From: the human T2T-CHM13v2.0 reference genome, Homo sapiens
Assembly: GCF_009914755.1 (NCBI RefSeq)
Contig: NC_060936.1
Length of the DNA: 64,000 bases
Reading direction: 5' to 3' (one strand)
Position numbers and translations under genes: made by a program. Below are positions 29,887 through 41,951 of the stretch, one piece after another; positions within the stretch are counted from its first letter, which is position 1; each line of letters begins with the position of its first letter. Below the pieces are notes generated by a model, which was not told the DNA's origin, made no database searches, and saw only the letters and a list, made by a program, of their open reading frames with translations.

Positions 29887-32800
29887 TAAATTGCTCATTT
29901 CTAAAATACAAATATAATAGCTCATAAGTTTGTGTGGATTAAATGAGATAATATAGGTCCACATGTTTGGCAAATTCTAATGAGTTTCATCACTGTGAGA
30001 TATTAATAGATATGTTATTAATTACAAGGACAAAAGAAAGAGCAGGAGGAGGCCACTGCATCAGTCCTCCCCAGAAGGGGAGCCACATTTTAAAGGAAGA
30101 CTCCAGAGAGATCAGGTGCCTAATTCAAATGACGTCTTGTATGATGGCGGATCTGAAGACTTGGGGCTGAGTTTTTTTCAGTAGGAACTTCAGTTCATCC
30201 TTCACATAGTACCAGGCATACAGCAGCCTCCCAGGACCCTCAGCCATTATGTCTAGCCCTTGTTCCTCCCTTGCCCTGTGGCATTAATACTATTTCACAT
30301 CTTCAGACCCCCAGTGTGAAGGTTAAGCTGTGCCATGCAGTAAGCTGAGGAACAAGAAGGGATCTTCAATAATTATATCACTTCTGATCACCTCATTTCT
30401 CCTATGTGCAAAATATTGTCTGATTTGATATGTTTTCTTCCGCTTGTGAATATTGAAAAATCAAGCAAGATGCTTGGGAAGGGCTCTCATATGCTTGTCT
30501 GAGAGTCATTTTATAAATATAAAAATTTATTATAAACTGTCCTTGCTAAAAATAAAACAATGCTCACAAGCATACATGAATCAATATAGTCTTTTCTTGA
30601 ATAGCATATACTACACAGATGCTTATAAAAATTTATAATTATAATATCTCTACAGCGGTCTAGCTCTTCCTTCTTAAAACCGATTGAATTTAAACAGCAG
30701 TAAACTTTTGCCTGCATTTCTTTAGGAACTTCACTGGAATTAAAGTAAGGAGTTAGAATCAATCTGTTAGAATCTTGGGTTCACAAAACATTTTTCTAGA
30801 GGATAATATTCAGGGGCTAGATAGAATTCTTTAAATCTTAATCATTTTTTAAAATAGATGTTATGCAGTTTGTCCATGTGTGCTAACATATTCTCAATAT
30901 TTCAAGTGTTGAGCATTAAATGCACTGTAGGAATGTTTCCAGATAAACTAATTCCAGTTGAAATTTATTTGTTTCAGAATTGAAATCAGAGGATGATCAA
31001 TGAGTAGGGACTAAGTTTAGAATAATTACGTTTTTGGGCCCAAGGCCAAATTCAACTTTTGTTAAAAATGTTTATTCCTCAGTATAATGAATTAAGAGTG
31101 TTTGGAAACCCCAAATGCTTTAATTATCTCTATAGTGATGACACTTTTTTTTTTTGCATTCCACTCAGCATCATTATTTCACTGCCTCAGAAAGGAACCA
31201 ATTTTGTTTTATGTGAGTTTCAAAGGGAATCTTTCTGAGACGAAGATTCACTGTACATTGCATTCCTCTTTCATTAACAGGTAAAACATTTTTTAGTATT
31301 AAGGAGAAAGTTGTGCATGTGTCAGCCTTAAAAGATGGAATGCCCACCTCAGTTTTTGAAAGATCAAAGGATATTAGCTTATTGTTAAAGGAAGTTTCTA
31401 GTGAAGATGGAATAGCTGTCTTAAGTTTACACAGGGTGAAGATCACTTTTTTGGCATTTACAAAATAATGCTCACCCCTGATGGATAAAAACGAGTACTC
31501 AAAACATAATTTAATCATGGTGTTGGTGATACAAAAAAGAAAATTGTTTAACTTTATCCCATACAAAGTAATTAGTGTGCTGGAAGAAGACTGTTTGCCC
31601 ACTGCAAGAATTTCCAAGTAGTGCATTAGAACCGAATGTTTTAAGCCAAAGACACCCACCAGGTATAAAGCAAGGGCAAAAGAAGATTGCTTAGCATGTG
31701 AAAGCCAAATACTTTATTTTAGTTATAATGCCCAAGAATTTGCAGCAAGAGTATGAAGCGTAAAATGAGGATGATGACGTTTAGCTGACCAAAGGTGGTA
31801 AGTTTGGCCAGGGCAACTTTCCAGTCTCTGGTTTTCAGATAGATGATTAGGAAGCAGAATGATACTGGGAAGATTTGACATCCTTCTTACCTGTTGAGCA
31901 ATATGCAGTATATCTAGTCACTCAATAAGTACCCGAGGCTAAAATGGTGACTAAAACAATGACTCGTCAGTTAATGCTATTTAATGTTAAGTGATGGACT
32001 CTGATGCTGTTTTTAAAAAGCCATGTAAATCATCCAACATGTCAATTTTGTGTGCTCAATGGTCAGCCAAATACGACAGAAATGGTTATTGGACTCTGGA
32101 CTAAATTATCCAGGAATTTTGCTGGTGTTCAGTATCGTAGACTCTTAGTTATCACAGATTTTGTAGACATAGTCTTGCAGAGAGGAAGAGGAATACATTA
32201 GATGACTTTAAGCTGTGATCTTGGGAAGCCTTAAAATTCTAGTGTTTGATACTAAAGGGCAACATGTCATGAGTCCCAAAGCTACGTACTGACCTAAGTG
32301 GCAAATGATTAAAGATGATTGTTAAAAAGCAGAGTCTTATAATGGCTGTAGAGTAGGGATGATTGTTTTTCATTTAACTGCATTTTCTTTATACCTGATG
32401 AATATATTAGCCAAAATCTTTACCATTCACATAAATTATACAATTACTCTGTGAATGAAAATTCTGAACTTCTCGGCCTGTTACAGCAATTCCCAACTTC
32501 TCTGGCTGGGCTGACATTGAACTTTTATTATATTGAGTTCAGTTCCCCAATTCAGAAAACATAGTAATCGGGATTTTCAACAAAAACCGTTGTTCTTGGT
32601 GTCCTTTCCTTTGGGGAGGAATCTTTATTTTGGGTCACTTTGACAGAGTTTGTTGTTTTAATAAAAATAGTTCATTATTAATTGAATTCACTCTCAAAAC
32701 CTGTAGCCTGAACGTTTCCAGAGAATATATTTCTTCTTCATTCTGCTTAAGACTGGATTGGTGCATTCTCCACATATATCCCTGCTTTCTTCAGAGGTCA

Positions 32801-33140
32801 GAGGTTGGCAGTTAATTTTGCTAAAAAATGATTTATGTTCATAGACCATCTGGGATTTGATTTGTTAGAGCATCATCTTTTGGACTGATGAGTGTAGACA
32901 TTCTAATATTTCTTGAGAGTCTTAAAAGTTGTTTTATTGTCACTTTAGTGAAAGTGGGAAAGGAGAACTCGGCACTTAACTTGAAGATAGAGAAATGGGA
33001 CTCTAAAAATAAGTGTTGGTAGAGAAGTCTCTGGAATTTGAATTATAGTCCAGATATATTTCATCTCTTGCATAGGCTTTAAACACCCATACATCACTTA
33101 TTTGGGGCCCCTGATACTTGTGTCTCCAGGAAAATACCTA

Positions 33141-33616
<476 letters not shown>

Positions 33617-34543
33617 GACTTGTCACCACCCCTTTATAATTAAGCAGAACACATTTTCATAAAGAGATCATAATAAAATTTTCCATTTTGTAATTAGAGA
33701 AATTGCCACTCAAATGAAGGAAAAAGCAAAACCAAAGAGCAGAAGTTGAAGATCCCAGGATATTTTCCTTTGGGCCCAGGGTGCACATCACAGCGAATGT
33801 GGTGAGGAGCACTCTGATTCTTTCCTGCCTGGTCTATGCTCCATCTGCTCCCCGGACAGCTCAAGTGCACAAAGACAAACAGTGGGCCTGGGGCAACAAG
33901 ATGTACGTGGAGCTCTGACATGGCTGGAGATGTGGCCATCTCTGAATGCTGGTCTATTCCTGCCTGGGCCATTGCCTTCTACTTCGTTAAATTAAAAAAA
34001 TGTGTATTTTCTGTCCTATGATCTGCTGAGCTGAGAAAGTGACATTTCTAAGTGGAACACTAGGCTTTAAATTTTTAAGCTTTAATTTATCACCTTAAAT
34101 TTGTAGAATTTGGGTTTGTGGACCAATTCCATGTCTCTTTGCTACCCCAAAATTTTGTTTGCTGGTTTAGAAATATATGTGATAACAAGAATATCCGTCT
34201 CAGCAATGCTATCTGGCTGAATTACTAATGCTACACTATTTTGATTCTTTTTGAAGAAAAGTGCTTTTCCTCTACAAATCCCAGTGACACTCTTCAAATT
34301 TGGATTCATGTAAGACTTGTCATAAATGAATAAAAATGTAAGTGATATAATATGCTAAAGGCATGCAGTTTTAGTATTATTTAAATTCATGCCTCGGTAA
34401 GCTTGGGCCTTCTGGCTTTATTTAAATTCTAACACCGCAGAACATAGAAAAGGTGTACATTTGTCTACCCCATATACAAATATCACATAATTTAATGGCA
34501 TCTTAGTTAAAGAGGAAATAAGTGTTTCCTTTATATTTTTTAC

Positions 34544-34770
34544 AATTCATGAACAACTTTCTCATACATCATCCTATTTGACCATCACACTAGACTCTTG
34601 AGGTGGTGGGTACGCTATATGTATTTCTTTGTGCATGAAAATTGTAGGGACATGGATGAAGCTGGGAACTCAATTTTCATGCAGAAAGAAATACATATGC
34701 TTACCCACCACCTCAAGAGTCTAGTGTGATGGTCAAATAGGATGATGTATGAGAAAGTTCTTCATGAATT
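34544..34770. repeat. Near-perfect inverted repeat with ~100-bp arms (34544-34644 / 34671-34770) and a 26-bp spacer
   Basis: Direct reverse-complement comparison by eye gives about 3 substitutions and 1 indel. Confidence 0.97.
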
Positions 34771-35014
34771 TCACTCATAGGTGGGAATTGAACAATGAGA
34801 ACACATGGACACAGGAAGGGGAACATCACACACCGGGGCCTGTTGTGGGGTGCGGGGAGAGGGGAGGGATAGCATTAGTAGATATACCTAATGTTAAATG
34901 ACGAGTTAATGGGTGCAATACACCAACATGGCACATGTATACATATGTAACTAACCTGCACATTGTGCACATGTACCCTAAAACTTAAAGTATAATTAAA
35001 AAAAAAAGAAAAAA
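34642..35014 (+). mobile_element. 5'-truncated primate L1 (L1PA3-5-like) with an internal inverted target-site insertion
   Basis: TTGTAGGGACATGGATGAAGCTGG (34642-34665) and TCACTCATAGGTGGGAATTGAACAATGAG...CCCTAAAACTTAAAGTATAAT-polyA (34771-35014) are the L1PA ORF2 end and 3'UTR; TSD GAAAATTG (34637-34644 and 35015-35022). Confidence 0.95.
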
Positions 35015-37182
35015 GAAAATTGAGTTCCCTGGGAAACAGACGAGGAGATGAAGATTATGTGCGGGAAGATTATTAGGGAGTGCTCTTGGTATGATGCTTG
35101 AGGGGAGAAAGGAAATGCTGAACAGAAGGAGAAGCAAAGCTGCAATGCAATCAACACAGAGGCCAAGTCCTCTGGGAGGGAGCTCTGCAGAAGCTAAGAT
35201 GGCCCTTCAGAGTTGTCCTTAGTTGGCACAGGGAGGTGAGGACTTCACACTTCTCTCATTGACCTGTCCATGGGTGCAGCTGCCCTGGGAAGGAACATGA
35301 CCTTGGGCAAGGCAACTCTGTTGTCAGAGGCAATTCCCCAAGAGAGCTGATGGCTGAAGGTACTTCTAGAAGCTGGAGTATAAGTTCTCCAATAGTGAAG
35401 GGGATCAGGATATGACATCAGAGCACTGACTATGGCAGTATAATACATTTGTTTGTGGCCAGAGGGAAGGCACCAAGAAAGAAAAAGATGAACAGTAAAG
35501 CACAAGGAACACTCATGCAAGGGATCATCAGTTTCTAATAATCAAGAGTGGACTGTAGTTTATAAATTGACTTGTTAAATGCACAAAGTGCTCTGCGGCC
35601 CCTGGAGATGACCCTTTCTAATGCACACCAGAAGGCAGCCTCTAGACTAGCCTGAGCTCTCTTGTATGGATCGAGTTCAATTATTAATCAGAAGCGATGG
35701 GTGATGCTGGCTAATGCTGCCTAATGGCACAGACTGGGTCATTGTGCTCTTCTGTAATGCGTGTTCAGAACATAGGTTTGATTGGAACTGATACAGCCTG
35801 CTCCTCCCTTGTCTGGACCCCTCAGTGGTGTAATGCTTTGAGGCCCCAGTGAAATGCACCAAACCACTTGCGTGACTTAATGCATCTGTATAACGTTAGC
35901 ACTTCCTCTTAATGTGTCATATGGATGATAAAGAAGTGCCTGGAAGGGAGCTGGTGGGAAGGGGGCTTTTAAAAGCAAGCCCTCAGCCCGTGTGGTACTA
36001 TCACCATGCCCCTAAGTGTTTTTGTGGCCAGTTTAGAAGTACTCGGCATGGAATTAATACACCTGGATCTTCATTAAGACAGTCAACTTGGCATTTGGTC
36101 CAGAAATGACAGAGTTATTTAGATTTTTCATCTGAAAACAGATCTCAGGGGAACTCATTGTTTGGGCAGCTTTGCACTTGGATCTGAGAAAACCTGTAGG
36201 CTACGTGATTACTGGTGATTCCTCTATTACTCTGTGCCTTCAAACTGTTAGCAAGAACTTTGTATTTTGCGAAAATGTCCAACTTGTTTCACCAGAAACA
36301 GAGCAGATTTGAAACTATTCAGAAAACAAATATGATTCCCCAAACTTCTGCCATTGTGTAGTATTAAATCGCAGTTGTGTTGGAAATCTAGGTTTCATAC
36401 TTTAAATCCTGAACCTTAGCATTTTAATACTTGAACTTTAGAATAGAATGCCAACTTCTTTTAGCTTAGGTATCAAATCATAGATGCTCATGGATCCCTG
36501 CAGTTTACAAATGAACCATTTAAGGAGTAAAACTGGATTAGCCATATTTATGGCAAGCCAGTTTCAGAGGTGTTGAAGACCCTGTGATACTTGGATATTG
36601 CCAGAATTACTGGGGCCTTGAGACTACCAGAAGCTGGCAGGTCTCTGAACAAAGGAAGAGAGAAGATGGGGGAGCCTCCACCTCAAAGGTTTGGCTCTCT
36701 GACCTCCACACTGGAAATACTGTCTATGTATGTTGCTTTGCAGAGCCTTTACTTTCTTACTTACCTTTCTTTCTGACTTTTCATTAAATTTTTCCAACCA
36801 CCAGTAAAAAATAGCTAGTTATGACCTTATTTCCAAATCAGGCTCTTCTAGAAAAGTGACCTGTTGGGAAGAGCTGAGTTGGAACAGAAAAGTCCATTTC
36901 TTTCTGGCACCCTGGCAACATCATAGAAGTTCTCTCGTTCTTCCTAGAAAAATGAGCAAGTCTCCCCAAATGGATTCCCTTCTCTCTTCAGAGCTGGACA
37001 ACAAGATGAGAAAGTCTCTAAACAAATGAGATCATTAACACTGAAGTGCCCTCTGGTGAAGGAAGGCATTATTTCTACGACGTAAACTGAATAGACATAC
37101 AGAACTGATAGATTCACTTTTGCAAGTAAAAATATTTGGTCCTACCTAAGACTCTACTGATCCACTCTTAGAAATTTACAGG

Positions 37183-37508
<326 letters not shown>

Positions 37509-40500
37509 TTACCTACCCTCTTGCTGAATTTAACTGTGATGAATGCCATGTGTCTACATGTGTGTAAGGAGCCTTTGGAGGCACAGATCCACGTCATTTT
37601 CCTTCAAGCAAAGTGCACCAATGGCTGTTGGCAGCACATCTGATCCTGGCCTTTGTCATTACCCAGACTTCCTCTTCAAATTTGACTATCTCAAACAGCA
37701 CAGCTTCTATTTAAACAGAATTTTAATTCATCCACATTTAAAGGTGGAACAATAGAAGACTATTATCGTTTTCTGGGTCTCAGGTCACACAAAAACTGGA
37801 ATCTTGAACACAAGCTGCCAAGTGACATCCTGAATATTACAGAAGATCTAGGAATCAGCTGGAATTTCATTACATTTCGTTGGGAAATAGTGGGTAATGG
37901 TATGAGATATGTTACAGGTTAAGACTAATTCTTAGAACTGTATTGGTCAAGGCAGTCTGGTGAGCACAAATGCCAGTCCAGGGCTGGAATAGACAGAAAA
38001 ATCTAGACAATATGCAAGACCGGGAATATTTTTAGTTACTATGAAATGAATAATTCTTGGCTGCCAGCTCCTTAAGAGAGAGGATTAAGGAAGTACATCC
38101 TTGCCTTAGAAATTTTCTCTCTGGGTCTTTGCAACTGTCATGCAGTGGCAGCCTTGGGGCCTCTAGTAACATCTTGGGCAGTATTTAGGTGAGAGTATTC
38201 TTAACTCAGTGGTGGCCTCACAAAGGCGCTCACTGTAACGTAGAAGGGTTTTTGAGGGATTTTTTTTTTTTTACTCACTCGGAAGCAAAATCTGAACTCA
38301 GAACCTCCCCCCCGCATTTATTAAGTTGCTATGTTCGAGTGTCCTGTAGTATTCATAGCTGATCTTTTGTGTGTGTGTGTGAAGTGTTAAGAGACAACTC
38401 CTTATTTCCATCGTAGCACTGAGATCTTTACATCGAGAGAAGCTACAATTGTTATTTGGACCTTGCCTGTAAGCCAATGACAACAAGATCTGATACTAAC
38501 AATGACTTGGATATGTGTCATAGAGTCATAGAATCTCAGAGTTGACCTGAACTTTAAAAGTAATCTCTGTCTTTCACCTGTTTCATATTTGAACCACCTT
38601 AATACTATCCTTGCCTGGTTCACATCTTTTCTGGGTGTGTTACTCAAAGAACTTGCAGTTACTTGTTTACACATCCAGCTTTTTATTATTATATCGATGT
38701 ATCATAAGCTTGATTTTATAGATGACGAAGGGCAGCACAGTAGAAAATGTCTAACTGCCGAAGGTCATAAATCCAAATGCTAAAAGAGATAAAAGTCAGG
38801 AATCCTGATTCTTCAACTGGGATTTAGTTTATGTGGTCTCATACTGATATGAAAATAAGTGATCTGATGCAAGCTTAGAAAGATGGTGAAAATAGCAGTT
38901 AATGTATTTTATTCACATGCCCGCGTTAAGTCAGCCTATCTTGACACAATGGTTATTTAGTATGATGTTAGGAACATTCTTTTAAGCCAAATCTAAAATG
39001 CATTTGTTTTTACAGACAGAAATAAATTTGAAATTTGCAAAAGCCCATTTTAAAAATAAATTTGTTGAGGTCTTCCTACTGCAAGTTTGTACATGATTGC
39101 ATATTTTACCAGTGCTGTATATTGTAATATTAAATGTTAGATTTTTTTTAACATGCCAGACTTCATTTTATCAGCCTAAGCATTTGCACTTAAATAATAT
39201 CAGGCTTTGGTTAAATAAAAATTTTAGCAGAAATAGATCGACCCACTTTTTTGGGTGTCATTATTCTCTGCTTTAAAAATATTAATGCTTCCCTATTATA
39301 CAGAGGATAAAGCTCAATCTCCTTAGCATGGTAAAGAAGGACCCTACAAATCTAACACAGCAAAACTACCTTGTGGCAGGGGTGCACTTCCTTCTCTGCT
39401 CTCTGAAGTAGCTAGCACTCAAGTAATTTTCATTTCACAATATCATTTTCTGCAACTTCACTTTGTGCATCTCGTATTTATTTCAAACTCACAGAACCAC
39501 CCAGCATTTCTAAACATTATAGTAACGTCATATGTATTGTTATTACAGCTTTGCATGCATTGACCTTTGCCGGACCTTGTTTTGCCCTCCCACTTTTATT
39601 CTTACTGGATCCATAAAGACCCAGCTCAGACATCACCACCACTGTATCCCACAAAGATTTGAAAAATATATTTGAATGTGAATTCTTATTTGTCTCTGTC
39701 ACCCCCACTACCCTGAATTCCACCAGAGTAGGACTTATATTTGTCACACAGTAGGTGTTCAGTGAGTCCTGAATGAAGAAAGAATATTTTGCTATGTTGG
39801 ATGCTGTGGGGAAGACCCAAGGAAATTTTTGCAAGCAGGTAAGAATTTTAAGTGCTTATAATATATTATTTATACAACAGCTTTCTTCAAGGAGCTTAAT
39901 GTTCTAAAGTCTTTAGCTTTATTTTATCCTTCCAGATTTACAATTTGACTTTTGCAAATAAGGTAAATAGTTCTCCATCTGTTATTCCTGTGGGAAGGAA
40001 ACAGATTTCTCTCCTCACACTACTCACAGAGGTCTTCCTAGTAAATTTCATGCCTTTATACACTAAATTAAAAATTACATAATGGGATGAATAACTACAC
40101 TTCTTTAAGCATTCCAGGGAGAGGGAGACATTTCTGGAAGACCGGAAGACCTTTCTGGAAGAGATAATGAAACAAGCCCAGAAAAGGAAGAGAGCCTTCA
40201 AAAATGACGTTAAATTCATGGCAGACCTGATACTAGAAACCAGAAGTCCCAGCAGGGTAGAAATATTCTCACTTAGACACCAGGCTATGACTGTTCAGAG
40301 TGCAGCAGAGACTGCTTTTCGTCCTTCTGTTCTCACTCAGGTCCAGGAATTATGTGGGGTTTTCCATTTAGGCCTTCTGCTTTTCAAGGCTCATAAAAGC
40401 AGATTAACTCTTTTAATGTTTCCAGGATTAAACTAGCACAACCCCCCCCACCCCCACCAAAAAAAAGCATTATATCATCGTATTATAGAAACGTTGGAGT

Positions 40501-40529
40501 TTTTTGAAAAAAAATTATTTTCTCTACAT

Positions 40530-40900
40530 GAATGACTACTGATGCAAGCTATGTCCTGTGTTGAGGACCCAATGGCTTCTGCGGGTGAACTGGATCCCTT
40601 CACCCAGTTGAATCCTCTCCTGCTCTCCTTTGCTGAGATTGTCTCCACCATCCCAATCTTGTGCTTTTTCTTTGTCCTTTGTGTGTTTGCAACACCTCCC
40701 AATTTAGCATCCTCCTGCCTTTAATGAATGTGCTGTTAGTGTTTTCCCCTCCTACCTCATCATTAATAAAGATATTAAGGGAAACTGAGCCCATCACCAA
40801 TCCATGGAGCACCCCACTAAACACCTCCCACCCACGTGCCACATAACCATTTATCATTACCCTTTGTTTACAATCCTTTCAACGGTTTCTAATCCATGTG
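40530..40900 (-). mobile_element. CR1/L3 LINE reverse-transcriptase remnant
   Basis: Translation INGYVARGWEVFSGVLHGLVMGSVSLNIFIND matches CR1 RT ING...W..V.SGVPQGSVLGP.LFNIFIND; a frameshifted DDAKLGG motif follows. Confidence 0.8.
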
Positions 40901-41589
40901 GCAGTGCTTACATCCAAGCCAACTTGCAGTTGTTTTACAAGAAAGACAGAGAATCCTGCACTTTTTAGCGATCTTGTAATCCACAGGAGAGCTTTTGTTC
41001 AGTGGAAGAGTACTTTCATGAGATGTAAGGAATTTGGGAAAGAAGGAATACAAATGCTGGAGGACGGATTTTTTTTTTTTTTTGCAATTATTTCCAGGGA
41101 AAAAATAGACGGTACCCTGAGAGTTGATATAGGACCCAGACGCCAAGAAAATGGCAAGTGTAGCCTGTTAATCTGCCAGAGAGATGCCAGCAGCTTTCAT
41201 CAAGCCCAGAATGGATGTGGAGCCACTTGCAGAAGCACACACACTCACTCATTTTCTTGTGGCTTAAAAATAGGCTCACAGTAAGCTGACCCCCAAACGT
41301 TGGGTGAGGAATACATTCTCTTGGTCCGTTCTCGGGACGAATTGTATTTGACTGGTATTCTAAACTCTGGCATTCTAAATTCTGGTATTCTAAATTCAAG
41401 CTCCACAAGGAGCTTGGTGCAGTGAGACAGACAGACATGACCACGGACATTGGGATAACCCAAGAACACTAGGAGCAGAGGAAGCCAAGAACAAGCTAGG
41501 GGAGCCCAGAAGAGGAAGTCCTGGTTCTGAAAGGAATGTCTAGAGAACTTCTGAGAGGGGGAAATGTTTACATTGGGCCTTAGAGCATT

Positions 41590-41600
41590 CTTTCTTTCTT

Positions 41601-41632
<32 letters not shown>

Positions 41633-41672
41633 TTCTTCTTCTTCTTCTTCTTCTTCTTCTTCTTCTTCTTCT
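41590..41672. repeat. (CTT)n trinucleotide microsatellite
   Basis: About 20 uninterrupted CTT units plus degenerate flank. Confidence 0.97.
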
Positions 41673-41951
41673 CTTAAAACAATATAAATTTATTTCCTCA
41701 CAATTCTGGGGCTTTGAAGTCTGAAATCAAAGAGTCAGCAAAGCCATGCTCTCCCAGCAGATGGAGGAGTCATCCCTGCCTCTTCTAGCTTCTGGCAGCG
41801 GCCAGCAATCCTTGGCGCTCCGTGGCTTATGACTGCATAGCTCCAATCTCTTTGTCTTCACATGGCCGTCTTCCCCCTGTGCGTTTGTGTCCAAATTTCC
41901 CATGTCCTGAAAGGATATCAGTCACTGGACTGGGACCCACCCTAACCCAGT
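41673..41951 (-). mobile_element. MLT1 (B/C-like) MaLR LTR fragment
   Basis: AAATTTATTTCCTCACAATTCTGG...AAGTCTGAAATCAA...CCTGCCTCTTCTAGCTTCTGG...GTCTTCACATGGCC. Confidence 0.8.

Noticed and set aside
31174-31659. 161-aa minus-strand ORF in AT-rich unique sequence
   Set aside because: Non-ATG start, no recognisable motif or splice context; compatible with chance.
34544-34770. Interpretation of the long inverted repeat as a MITE or pre-miRNA gene
   Set aside because: No transposon TIR/TSD at its outer ends, and the spacer and right flank are L1 sequence. An L1-associated templated copy explains it fully.
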